A stretch of 38,023 nucleotides of DNA from Acidobacteriota bacterium (GCA_031418175.1 JANOWX010000554.1:1-38023), one strand, 5' to 3'; counted from the stretch's first letter, positions 26,424-35,224 are shown. Notes: generated by a model not told the origin, from the letters alone. Program-made: numbers and translations.

Positions 26424-27397
26424 TGCAACCGTGTCCGTCCTGCCAATTTGAATCGCCGCTGGGCGCGAAATTCTGCCGCCAATGCGGCGCGCCGATGTTC
26501 AGCGAGATGCCTGCCGAAAACGACCTGTCCGGCGCGGCCACACGCAATTATGGCCGCCAGCAAGCCGCCTTCGCCGCCGCCGGTTCCGCGCCCTTGCCGC
26601 CCAGCATCGGCGATGTAATTTCGTCCGACACCGCGCGCTATCATCAACATCAACCCCCGCTGGCGCCCGCCGCGCCCCAGGCCTTTCTGACGCCGAGCGT
26701 GAGCACCGCGCCGCTGCACCGCAAAATCCGGCACTGGCGCGTGTTCGCATTTTTCCTGGTGTTGCTGGTGGGCATCGGCCTGGGCGTGCTCTTCGCCAAT
26801 TTACGCATCAACGGCGAAGACTCCAGCACCGACCCAGTCGAACTGGCGCGCCTGGATGCTCAAGCCGCCGAATTGGCGCGGCAACAGGAAATGGCCGATC
26901 ACATCCGCGCGGCCCAGGATCAAGCCCGCGAGGCGCAAGACCGCATGCGCGAAGCCGCGCAACACGCCCGCGAAATCGCCGAACAAGCGGCAGCCTCCGG
27001 CGCAGCCATCTTTCCTGGCGCCCCCAGCGAGGCCAAGCCGCTCGACCTGAGTTCGTTTGAATACCCCGGCGCGGCGACCGCCAATTACAGCCGCATCCCC
27101 GGCAGCGAGATGGTGCAGATGCGCTCAAAAGATGCGTTTGACGCCATCGTTCAGCATTACCAAAAAAAGCTCGGCAAACCGCTGACGTTGAAGAACGAGG
27201 CAGACGATAAGAGCGCCTTTTTTCAATCCAATCCGGGGCAATCCAGCCCGGGGCAGTCCAGCCTGCCCGCCGTCTTCGTCTCCATCGAAAGCGATGACGA
27301 GAACGACGGCTTTTGGAAAATCATCATCACCCGCGCGCCCTTCCAATTCCCCCAGTTCGAAGCGCCCAAGCCGCCCGCTGCCGCGGCCAAACCCTAA
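26423..27397 (+). CDS. Zinc-ribbon / TM / coiled-coil / C-terminal domain protein (paralogue 3)
   Basis: The start overlaps the previous stop (TGATG), with GGAGGTG as RBS. MQPCPSCQFESPLGAKFCRQCGAPM is the zinc ribbon. The C-terminal domain is LDLSSFEYPGAATANYSRIPG...IVQHYQKKLGKPL. A 15-bp x2 in-frame repeat (PGQSS)2 lies at 27233-27262. Confidence 0.75.
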   Translation: MQPCPSCQFESPLGAKFCRQCGAPMFSEMPAENDLSGAATRNYGRQQAAFAAAGSAPLPPSIGDVISSDTARYHQHQPPLAPAAPQAFLTPSVSTAPLHRKIRHWRVFAFFLVLLVGIGLGVLFANLRINGEDSSTDPVELARLDAQAAELARQQEMADHIRAAQDQAREAQDRMREAAQHAREIAEQAAASGAAIFPGAPSEAKPLDLSSFEYPGAATANYSRIPGSEMVQMRSKDAFDAIVQHYQKKLGKPLTLKNEADDKSAFFQSNPGQSSPGQSSLPAVFVSIESDDENDGFWKIIITRAPFQFPQFEAPKPPAAAAKP

Positions 27398-27415
27398 GTG
27401 ACTGACAAACGAACG

Positions 27416-27479
27416 AAGGCTCCGCTGCTTTTTCTATTGCCCGCATTTCTGCCTGCCATAGAAAAAGCGGCGGAGCCTT
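27416..27479. terminator. 22-bp-stem hairpin between convergent genes
   Basis: aaggctccgctgctttttctat (27416-27437) pairs with atagaaaaagcggcggagcctt (27458-27479), one mismatch. Confidence 0.7.
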
Positions 27480-27545
27480 ACGCATTCTTCGTACTCGCCA
27501 ACCGAAAAATTCAGGGAAACAACGGCCGCGCGTCCGCAGGCATTG

Positions 27546-29231
27546 CTACCTGTTCTCGCTGCCCGCTGTCACTTTACTCACCCGTTTCGCCGCAATCTTT
27601 TGCTGCCCAAAGACAGCATTCAGGTCGGTCACTTCGCCCTGCTCATTCTTGCTGAAGGTAATCTCAGCGCCTTCGGCATCTTTGAAGTAGAACTTGGTTT
27701 CCGATTCCGGCGTCGCGGGCAGCGCGGGTTGGTTGGGCACGACGAAATAGAGCGTATTGCCTTCGCGTTCGACGCGGAACTTGACAAGCCCCGCCGAATA
27801 CTCGCCGACGTAGGCGTCCAATTGCTGCGACGTCAGCTTTGCCACGGCGCGTTCCGCCGGTTTCGGACGCGCCGTGTCCATGAAGCCAACCAGCATTTCG
27901 TCATACGTCGGTTCACCGAACCGCACGGTCTTGGCCGGGTCGGGATTGCGTTTGTTCTTGGCTGAATTATCGAAGTGCGCGGTCACTATGATCTTCGCGC
28001 CCTTGGGCACGGCCAGCGGCTGTTTAAGTTTATAAAGCGTTTGCCAGTTGAAGTCATAGGCAGGCACGTTGATCAGCGTCTCGCGTTTGCCGTCGGCGTA
28101 GGCGATTTCGTATTTCATATCCTTGCCGCGCACGTGCAGGTGCGGCATGTAGTTGATGAGTTCGACATCGCGCCGCAGCGTATGGCAAGCGTTGGCCTCG
28201 TGATTTTCGGCGCTTGGCGGGATGGCGAAGAGGTCATTGACGATCAAGAGCGTCTCGACCATTTTCTCGACCGGCTGTTTGGCGAAGCGCAGCGCGATGC
28301 TGGTGCGGTCGGTTTCCGACGTGCTGGTCGTCTTGGCGTAATGCATTTGGAAGATCAGGTTCGCGCCCGCCGGAATCAGTTTCGCCATGCCCGCCGGATA
28401 GATGTCGGCATTGCGGCCCGGCGCATAGGCCGACAGCAAAGGCGTGCCGCCCCCGCCGCTATTGCGTTTTGCGCCACAGAAGTCATTGACGACCGGCGCG
28501 TCGGGCTTGGTGCGATTGACCGAACCGTCGCGGTATTCGGTCGAAGACTTTTGCGCTTGAAAAACAGAGATCGGATTGCGCACATCGCCGCCGCCCTTTT
28601 TGGCTTCGTCCTGCGCCAGCCGGTACATCATCGGCGTTTCGATAAACACGACCGCATGATGCACGACCTTGCGATTGCCGGGGCGGAACTCGCCCGCTTG
28701 AATCCATTTGTCTTCGGTGAACCCGGTCGGCACGCGGAAGTAAATGTAATCATCCGCGTTTTTGCCGGTGAGCGTGAAGGGCTCCGGCATTTGTAACACG
28801 ACATCCGGTTGGCCGATTTCCCAAGCCGCGCTGCGCACAGGCACAGGCGGCAAATCTTTCGGACTGCCCTCGCGCGCGCCGCCATCCACCCAGGCAGCGA
28901 TGGTATCAATCTCGGCTTGGGTCAAACGCGTCTCGTTCTCGAATTGGCCAAAGTGCGGGTCGGCGTGCCAGGGCGGCATCTGCCGGTTGGCGACTTGTTC
29001 TTTGATGGATTTGGCCCAGGGGCGCACGTCCTTGTATGACAGCACCGAGAACGGCCCGATGTCGTCGGGGCGATGGCATTGCGCGCAGTTCTTGAAAAAG
29101 ATCGGCGCGACGTCTTTGGTGAAGGTGACTTGCTTGGCCGGCGCTTTACTTGAATTGGCTTGCGCGGCGGGCAAGCTGTAAAGCAATCCGGCGGCGAATA
29201 GCGTGGCGAATAGCAGCAAAAGTTTATGCAT
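27546..29231 (-). CDS. Exported heme-c + PHM/DBH-like copper monooxygenase core + DUF3471-like C-terminal domain (paralogue 2)
   Basis: AAGGAG precedes ATG 29231. Signal MHKLLLLFATLFAAGLLYSLPAAQA. Motifs are CAQCH...MPPWHAD, VVHHAVVF, FQMHYA, PHLHVRG and YDEM. The C-terminus LDAYVGEYSAG...REGNTLYFVVPNQPALPATPESETKFYFKDAEGAEITF resembles DUF3471. Confidence 0.75.
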   Translation of the reverse strand: MHKLLLLFATLFAAGLLYSLPAAQANSSKAPAKQVTFTKDVAPIFFKNCAQCHRPDDIGPFSVLSYKDVRPWAKSIKEQVANRQMPPWHADPHFGQFENETRLTQAEIDTIAAWVDGGAREGSPKDLPPVPVRSAAWEIGQPDVVLQMPEPFTLTGKNADDYIYFRVPTGFTEDKWIQAGEFRPGNRKVVHHAVVFIETPMMYRLAQDEAKKGGGDVRNPISVFQAQKSSTEYRDGSVNRTKPDAPVVNDFCGAKRNSGGGGTPLLSAYAPGRNADIYPAGMAKLIPAGANLIFQMHYAKTTSTSETDRTSIALRFAKQPVEKMVETLLIVNDLFAIPPSAENHEANACHTLRRDVELINYMPHLHVRGKDMKYEIAYADGKRETLINVPAYDFNWQTLYKLKQPLAVPKGAKIIVTAHFDNSAKNKRNPDPAKTVRFGEPTYDEMLVGFMDTARPKPAERAVAKLTSQQLDAYVGEYSAGLVKFRVEREGNTLYFVVPNQPALPATPESETKFYFKDAEGAEITFSKNEQGEVTDLNAVFGQQKIAAKRVSKVTAGSENR

Positions 29232-29337
29232 TGGTGGTGGCTCCTTCTGATCGTTGAATTGAAGCTTGTGGCAAGGGTGCCGTCTGCTCATACGCAAAGC
29301 GCGCGCGCAAAGGTGCGGCTTTTTTCATCCGGCAGTT

Positions 29338-29790
29338 TCAGCGCAGCGTTTTTTGCAAACAGACGCTGTTTGCCACGCCCGCGTATTGCCCGTAGTTGGG
29401 AATGATCGCGTAACCACAACGTTGATAAAGCCGCAGCGCTTCGGGCTGTTTTTGGCCCGTCTCCAGCACGGCCTGAGTTGCGCGGTGTTCGCGCGCCCAC
29501 GCTTCCAATTCAGCCAGGACTTGTTGGGCGATGCCCTGTCCGCGAAACGCGGGGCGGACGAACATGCGTTTTACTTCGACGGCGCGCTCGGAAAAGGGCT
29601 TGAATGCACCGCAGCCGGCCGCTTCTTCGTTCACGTAAGCGACCACCACGTGCTGAATCTGGTCAGTCTGGTTGTATTGCGCGTAAAAGGCGTGCTCTGC
29701 GCCATCGCGTATGCGCAGGTCTTGATCGAGCAACGCCACAAGAGCTTGAAAGTCGGCACTGCTTGAATCGGTGTGTACCAGTTGAATCAT
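29338..29790 (-). CDS. GNAT-family N-acetyltransferase
   Basis: The acetyl-CoA-binding motif is VKRMFVRPAFRGQGIAQQVLAELEAWARE. ATG 29790 is preferred. Confidence 0.8.
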   Translation of the reverse strand: MIQLVHTDSSSADFQALVALLDQDLRIRDGAEHAFYAQYNQTDQIQHVVVAYVNEEAAGCGAFKPFSERAVEVKRMFVRPAFRGQGIAQQVLAELEAWAREHRATQAVLETGQKQPEALRLYQRCGYAIIPNYGQYAGVANSVCLQKTLR

Positions 29791-29867
29791 ATTCCAAGAG
29801 CGGTTGCTGTAGCGCAACGGGAAAGGCCTCTTGCCGTTGCTGACGTCGCAGCTTCTCCCGCTGCCGA

Positions 29868-30317
29868 TCAAGTGGGTTTGTTATTTCCAGCGCTTCCTTT
29901 CTTCACAGTTTGCGTAGTGGCCGCAGGCAACTGTTGCGTTTCCGCGCGTTCGCGGTAGGCGCTCACCACGCCGTTCAAACTCGTTTTGAATTCGTCTATG
30001 CTGATGACGCCTAACTCAAACAATTCGCGTTCGCGTCTCAGGTGCTGTGACAGGGCTTGATCCTGGCTGAGCAACGCTTGCAAGGTGTCGGCGCGCTTGC
30101 GGACTTGCCGCTTTGCTCCCGCACTTTCCAGCGCTTGCTTAACGCCCAAGGCGCCCGCGCCGAACAAGGCGCCGGTCTGATACCAGTTCAAGGCCCCCAG
30201 CGGATTGAAGGTCACCTCTATCAACGCGCCGACAACTCCCGCAATCAGCACTGTTGCGGCATCGCCCCGGCTCATTCCAGCCAAGGCTTCACGGGCTTTT
30301 TTTACTTCATCCATCAT
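29868..30317 (-). CDS. Hypothetical membrane protein with SHOCT-like C-terminal motif
   Basis: The hydrophobic region is AATVLIAGVVGALIEV...YQTGALFGAGALGV. ELFELGVISIDEFK resembles the SHOCT motif. The gene starts 10 nt after the upstream stop. Confidence 0.45.
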   Translation of the reverse strand: MMDEVKKAREALAGMSRGDAATVLIAGVVGALIEVTFNPLGALNWYQTGALFGAGALGVKQALESAGAKRQVRKRADTLQALLSQDQALSQHLRRERELFELGVISIDEFKTSLNGVVSAYRERAETQQLPAATTQTVKKGSAGNNKPT

Positions 30318-30327
30318 TGTGCGGGCA

Positions 30328-30669
30328 TTACGGGTTGCGCGACGGCGCGAGTGGCTTGCTGACAAATATCTGAATGGTGACGCCGTTCTCGCTTTCGGTT
30401 TGCGTGATCGAAACACCGGCCGGGGCGCGCATCTGTAATTGCTGGACGGCTGCGGCTTGCCGCTGCCCGTAGCTTTCCACCACAGCCAGGAGCACGTAAA
30501 GCAGCAGCACGCTGAAAAATCCCAGCAGGAAGCCTGCCCAATCGCTGAGGCCGCCGGGAATCGCCCCAGTCAGCAGAAAACAAAAGAAGCCGACGGTGAA
30601 CGCGAGCGAAAAAACATTGCCGGAACCGCGCTCGGCACTCACCGCCAATGGTTCTGTTCGATCTTTCAT
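30328..30669 (-). CDS. Hypothetical small two-TM protein
   Basis: AGGAGGA precedes ATG 30669. The two TMs are VFSLAFTVGFFCFLLTGAIPG and WAGFLLGFFSVLLLYVLLAVV. Confidence 0.5.
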   Translation of the reverse strand: MKDRTEPLAVSAERGSGNVFSLAFTVGFFCFLLTGAIPGGLSDWAGFLLGFFSVLLLYVLLAVVESYGQRQAAAVQQLQMRAPAGVSITQTESENGVTIQIFVSKPLAPSRNP

Positions 30670-30765
30670 GCGTTCCTCCTGGTTTGACAGATTGCGCGTG
30701 GCATTATGTGCAAACGCCCTGCTCCTCACAACCAGAAGCAGGGCATTGATTGCCGGACGGCTCAA

Positions 30766-32214
30766 CTACCGCTCAGACGAACCACCGCCACTACTCGCCG
30801 TCACGCCTTTCAGGCTTTGCCGGTCAAGCGTGTAGTCAATCCAGCCAATCGTCATCTCTTCATACGTCGGATCGCCCCAGCGAATGTCTTTCTTCGGATC
30901 GGGATTGAATTTGTTCTTGGCTGAGTTATCCCACACGGTCGTCACGAGAATCTTGGTGCCCTTGGGAATCGCCACCGGACGCTTGGCGTAATAGACGACT
31001 TGCCAGTTGAAATCGTAGTTGGGCACGCGGTTCAGCACTTCGCTGCGGCCATCGGGATAGATGGCTTTGAACTCCATCGCCTTGCCGCGCATGTGCAGGT
31101 GCGGCATGAAGGTCACGATGTGCAGGTCTTCGGGCGCAGTCCAGCAGGCCGTCGCCTTGTGTTTCTCGGCCCCGGCGGGAATCTTAAAGTAGTGGTTGGC
31201 GATGCCGTGCGTCTTCAATTCGCGCTCGGTGTTTTTGGCCAGCACCAGGCCGACGCTCGAACGGTCGCGCTCTTCGCCGGTCACGCCGAGGAAGGTCGAA
31301 TAATGCAGTTGAAAAACGAGCTTCGATCCGGCGGGAATTTTCTTGACCGTGCCCGCCGGCCACTTGGCCTGGTTCATCCCCGGCGCGTAACCGGCCAACA
31401 GCGTGCCGCCGCCGTCATCGCCCGTGCCATCGCGGAAGATGCCCGCGCCGCCGCTGGGCGTGGCGCAACCGTCGTCATAGACCGGCACATCGGCTTTGAC
31501 CTTCGTCAGCAAGCCGTCCTGGAAGAAGATCAGCTTCTCTTCCATCTCTGCGCGCATCTGCTTGAGTTCTTCCGGTGAAAGTTTTTGCGCGGCATCGTTT
31601 TCCTTCGGCGCTTTCTGCGGCGGCTGCACAAAGGCGATGATGTGATGCACGATGCGGCGATTGCCGGGCCGCGCTTCGGCCATCTGCACATAGATGTCTT
31701 GCTTGAAGCCGGGATCAACCTCGAAGTATTGAATCTCATCCGGCCCGTTCGGCTGCAACACGTATTCTTTCGGCATCGGAATGACAATGTCGGGCTTGCC
31801 GATGCTCCAGCCATCGGTGAATTGCGGCGCGGGCGGCATGGCTTTGGGATCGCCTTCCAGCGCGCCGCCGTCAACCCAGGCGACGATGGTGTCAATCTCG
31901 GCCTGCGACATACGGCGGTCATTCGACCACTGGCCCACGTGCGCATCGGCGTGCCAGGGCGGCATCGCGCGCTTGGCGACTTTTTCTTTGATGGACTTGG
32001 CCCAGGGACGCACGTCCTTGTAGGTCAAGGTCGAGAACGGCGCGGCCTCGCCGGGGCGATGGCATTCGGCGCAGTTCTTGTTGAAGAGTGGCGCGATGTC
32101 TTTGCTAAACGTCACTTGTTTGGCTGGCGAATTGGCTTGGCTGGCGGGCAACACGAACAGGGCCGCCGCCAGCAGCAAGATCACCACATAATAACTCAAC
32201 GCTTTTCTTTGCAT
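30766..32214 (-). CDS. Exported heme-c + PHM/DBH-like copper monooxygenase core (paralogue 3, no extra C-terminal domain)
   Basis: Signal MQRKALSYYVVILLLAAALFVLPASQA. Motifs are CAECH...MPPWHAD, IVHHIIAF, FQLHYS, PHLHMRG and YEEM. Confidence 0.75.
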   Translation of the reverse strand: MQRKALSYYVVILLLAAALFVLPASQANSPAKQVTFSKDIAPLFNKNCAECHRPGEAAPFSTLTYKDVRPWAKSIKEKVAKRAMPPWHADAHVGQWSNDRRMSQAEIDTIVAWVDGGALEGDPKAMPPAPQFTDGWSIGKPDIVIPMPKEYVLQPNGPDEIQYFEVDPGFKQDIYVQMAEARPGNRRIVHHIIAFVQPPQKAPKENDAAQKLSPEELKQMRAEMEEKLIFFQDGLLTKVKADVPVYDDGCATPSGGAGIFRDGTGDDGGGTLLAGYAPGMNQAKWPAGTVKKIPAGSKLVFQLHYSTFLGVTGEERDRSSVGLVLAKNTERELKTHGIANHYFKIPAGAEKHKATACWTAPEDLHIVTFMPHLHMRGKAMEFKAIYPDGRSEVLNRVPNYDFNWQVVYYAKRPVAIPKGTKILVTTVWDNSAKNKFNPDPKKDIRWGDPTYEEMTIGWIDYTLDRQSLKGVTASSGGGSSER

Positions 32215-32235
32215 AGGGTCTCCGCTGGTTGAAAT

Positions 32236-32502
32236 TTACGCTGAATAACTGGCAAGCCGCTCTGCGAGCCATTGATTGACCAACGCTTCCGGCGGCAGTT
32301 GTTTTTGATGGTCAATGACGGACAGTTTCCGTGCGACTTCTTCGTCAACCGGGATCAGCCGGGTTGATTTTTGCAGGTTCACCTCAAAATGCGCATCAGG
32401 TAACTGCTCCAAATAATCGCTCAGGTCGTGCGTGTCGAAAAAATCAACGAGCGCGTCAAGCGAGGCAAATTCGGGTAAGGTTTGCGGCTTACTTTCTGGC
32501 AT
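32236..32502 (-). CDS. CopG-type antitoxin-like small protein, with no recognisable toxin partner
   Basis: EFASLDALVDFFDTHDLSDYLEQLP...IPVDEEVARKLSVI...LVNQWLAERL follows the pattern of the 'wdthd...dy' CopG-antitoxin family as I recall it. By hand count the gene is about 51% G+C, lower than its neighbours. Confidence 0.5.
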   Translation of the reverse strand: MPESKPQTLPEFASLDALVDFFDTHDLSDYLEQLPDAHFEVNLQKSTRLIPVDEEVARKLSVIDHQKQLPPEALVNQWLAERLASYSA

Positions 32503-32529
32503 ACCAAATCAAAGTTTCGCGCAGCGGCG

Positions 32530-32877
32530 CTACGCCGCCATTGCTTGCGGTACCGACGGTGCGTCGTGGTGACGCTCCGCTTTCATGCTGGCAAAGAAGC
32601 CGCTACGCCAGAGAAACTGTACGGCACGCTCGGCGGCCTCAACCGTCACTTCGGGCAAGACAACCAACCCGGGTTCAGCCAAACACGGTCGGCCTTGCGC
32701 GGTTGCTTCTTCAAAGTCCTGTTGCAACCGCGTGGGATCACAAAAGTAGACCGGATAACGCGCGCCGTTGTCAGCTTCCACTTCCGCGCTCACCCACCCC
32801 TTGAGCGTCATTTCAAACGCGGCTCGTTCATCAAAGCCAGCGGGAAACATCAAACGCGGATAACTAATCGCTTTCAT
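32530..32877 (-). CDS. Hypothetical protein
   Basis: A strong AAGGAG precedes ATG 32877. The 115-aa ORF matches no family I recognise. Confidence 0.5.
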   Translation of the reverse strand: MKAISYPRLMFPAGFDERAAFEMTLKGWVSAEVEADNGARYPVYFCDPTRLQQDFEEATAQGRPCLAEPGLVVLPEVTVEAAERAVQFLWRSGFFASMKAERHHDAPSVPQAMAA

Positions 32878-32892
32878 GGTGACTCCTTTTTC

Positions 32893-33213
32893 TCAACGTC
32901 CTTCTGTCACAACTCGTAAAACCACTTGGGCAAGCAATGCCACATATCGCTCAAAGCTCATCGGTTCATCCGGCGCCAGTTCATAATGACTGGCATTTCG
33001 GCCCCGCTTTATAACCTTGAGACCAGGCGGGATGAACTCCACTCGATAAGCCCCGCCGAATCTTTCAACCAAAGCCGGATCGCTGCACAAGGATATACCC
33101 CGATCTGTTCGCAGCAAACCATTTTCACGGTCAATCAGCACATCTACGCCCAAGCGCGGGGTGAGATCAGCGCCGCCTCGGTAAAACACTTTTGGAGGAA
33201 CCGAATCAGCCAT
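32893..33213 (-). CDS. Hypothetical protein
   Basis: ATG 33213 opens a 106-aa ORF (…DRGISLCSDPALVERFGGAYRVEFIPPGLKVIKRGRNASHYELAP…). No family assignment made. Confidence 0.45.
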   Translation of the reverse strand: MADSVPPKVFYRGGADLTPRLGVDVLIDRENGLLRTDRGISLCSDPALVERFGGAYRVEFIPPGLKVIKRGRNASHYELAPDEPMSFERYVALLAQVVLRVVTEGR

Positions 33214-33256
33214 TGGCCCACCTCGTCTGGCTGGTGAAACTGCAAAGCGCAAACAA

Positions 33257-33293
33257 GAATGCGGACTGAAAGCACCTCTTCCAATCCGCATTC
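33257..33293 (-). terminator. Hairpin terminator downstream of paralogue 4
   Basis: gaatgcgga (33257-33265) pairs with tccgcattc (33285-33293). On the minus strand the hairpin is followed by ttgttt. It is flanked by aatccgc-type short repeats (33281-33312). Confidence 0.55.
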
Positions 33294-33317
33294 CCCAATC
33301 CGCAATCCGCAATCAAG

Positions 33318-34979
33318 CTATTGGCCGCTGCTGCCAGCCGTTTCTTCTTTCAGCTTGCTGACTTTCGCCCCATTCATTTCGGCGCCGATGACTTCGCCTT
33401 TGTCATTCTTGACGATGGTGAATTCGGCGTCGCTGCCTTGCATGAAAAACTTCGTGTCCGACTGCGGCACAAATTCCATGGTCGCGCGGAAGGGGATGCT
33501 GACGATCAGCGCGTTGCCTTTGCGCGTGACGTTCACATTCATCTTCATCGCGTCGAGCATGTATTTGCCGGTGTAACCATCCAGCACCTTCGGGTCAACC
33601 TGCGCGACGGCGGGCATCTCGGTGACATAATCCATGAAGCCCAACATCATCTCGTCATACGTCGGTTCGCCGAAGCGCACGTCTTTGGCCGGGTCGGGAT
33701 TGAATTTGTTCTTCGCCGAATTGTCGTAATAGGCCGTCACCATCAGCTTCGTCCCGGCGGGCAACCGCTTCGGCTCTTTGAGCACGTAGTTGGTCTGCCA
33801 CGCGAAGTCATATTTCGACGAACTCATCAGCACTTCGCTTTTGCCGTCGGCATAGATCGCTTTGTATTCCATGCTCTTGCCGCGCAAGTGCATGTGCGGC
33901 AGGAAGGCGTATATCGTCGTGTCGCGTTTGAGCGTGCGGCACGCCGTCACGCGATGATTGTCGGCGCCGGCGGGAATCTTGAAGGTGTTATTGCCGATGG
34001 AACCCGTCGTCATCAGCTTGTCGCTGGGTGCTTTGGCATAGACCAACCCGATCATGGATTGATCTTTTTCCACCGTCGTGCCGCCCAGCGTCTGATTTGA
34101 ATAGTGAATCTGGAAACGGATCAGCGAACCTGCCTGCAATTTGCGCACGATGCCCGCCGGGAAGGAATCAGCGTTGTGGCCTGGCGCATATCCCGCGAGC
34201 ATGTCGCCGCCCGTGCCGCCACGTCCGCTATTGCCCGCCCCGCAACCGTCGTCTTGCACCGGCTGGTCGGGTTTCATTCGAATCAGAAAGCCGTCGCGGT
34301 ACATCGGCGAATCTTTCAACTGCGCTTCCATCGCCTTGTAGCGCGCCTCGGTCGTCAGCTTCGCCATATTCGCCTGACCGGGCGGCACGATGAAGGCCAA
34401 AATGTGATGCACGATCTTCGGATTGGTCGGACGCGCTTCGATGCGCGAAATGTATTTGTCTTCGGTCAGCTTCGGATCAACGTCGAAGTATTGATACTCA
34501 TCCGCGCCGGGCTTGTAGGTGTAAACCTCGGGAATTTGCACGACCAGATCAGGTGTGCCGATGTTCCAGCCTGCGGCGAATTTCGGCGTGGGCGGCATAT
34601 CTTTCGGATTGCCTTCGACCGCGCCGCCTTCGACCCAAGCCACGATGGTGTCAATCTCGGCTTGCGACAACTTGCGGTCATTGGCGAAGACGCCCACGTG
34701 CGCATCGGCGTGCCAGGGCGGCATCGTGCGGTTGGCGACTTTCTCTTTAATGGATTTGGCCCAGGGCCGCGCGTCCTTGTAACTCAATGTTGAAAACGGC
34801 GCGCCTTCGCCCGGACGATGGCACTCGGCGCATTGTTTGTTGAAAATCGGCGCGACGTCTTTGCTAAACGTGACGGCCTTGCCTTTTGAATTGGCACTCG
34901 TGCTGGCCAGCCAGGCCAAGCACAGCGTGACGCTAAACAGCAGCGCCAGCGCGAAAGAATAACGACGTTGATTCCGCAT
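33318..34979 (-). CDS. Exported heme-c + PHM/DBH-like copper monooxygenase core + DUF3471-like C-terminal domain (paralogue 4)
   Basis: ATG 34979 gives the signal MRNQRRYSFALALLFSVTLCLAWLASTSA. Motifs are CAECH...MPPWHAD, IVHHILAF, FQIHYS, PHMHLRG and YDEM. The C-terminus is LDGYTGKYMLD...RKGNALIVSIPFRATMEFVPQSDTKFFMQGSDAEFTI. Confidence 0.75.
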   Translation of the reverse strand: MRNQRRYSFALALLFSVTLCLAWLASTSANSKGKAVTFSKDVAPIFNKQCAECHRPGEGAPFSTLSYKDARPWAKSIKEKVANRTMPPWHADAHVGVFANDRKLSQAEIDTIVAWVEGGAVEGNPKDMPPTPKFAAGWNIGTPDLVVQIPEVYTYKPGADEYQYFDVDPKLTEDKYISRIEARPTNPKIVHHILAFIVPPGQANMAKLTTEARYKAMEAQLKDSPMYRDGFLIRMKPDQPVQDDGCGAGNSGRGGTGGDMLAGYAPGHNADSFPAGIVRKLQAGSLIRFQIHYSNQTLGGTTVEKDQSMIGLVYAKAPSDKLMTTGSIGNNTFKIPAGADNHRVTACRTLKRDTTIYAFLPHMHLRGKSMEYKAIYADGKSEVLMSSSKYDFAWQTNYVLKEPKRLPAGTKLMVTAYYDNSAKNKFNPDPAKDVRFGEPTYDEMMLGFMDYVTEMPAVAQVDPKVLDGYTGKYMLDAMKMNVNVTRKGNALIVSIPFRATMEFVPQSDTKFFMQGSDAEFTIVKNDKGEVIGAEMNGAKVSKLKEETAGSSGQ

Positions 34980-35182
34980 CGGAAAGTCCCCTTCTCTTGA
35001 AAATTTTGTTGCTTGCCCCAAACAGGTGCGGCACGCGTTGTGCCAGTAGGGCGATTTGCGGGCGTAAATGTATGCATGCACGCCCCCGCTGTCAAGCACG
35101 TTTTCCCAATGGATTCAGCAACTTCCGGTCATCGTGCAGCGGTGTTCCCGCTATTGGCTGACCGGTCAGACAGTTACCCTCC

Positions 35183-35218
35183 AAAAGGACTGAATGACCC
35201 TTCAGTCAGATTTTTTTT
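35183..35218. terminator. Hairpin flanked by A- and T-runs downstream of the pirin gene
   Basis: gactgaa (35188-35194) pairs with ttcagtc (35201-35207). aaaa lies on one side and tttttttt (35211-35218) on the other. Confidence 0.6.
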
Positions 35219-35224
35219 CCGCGC

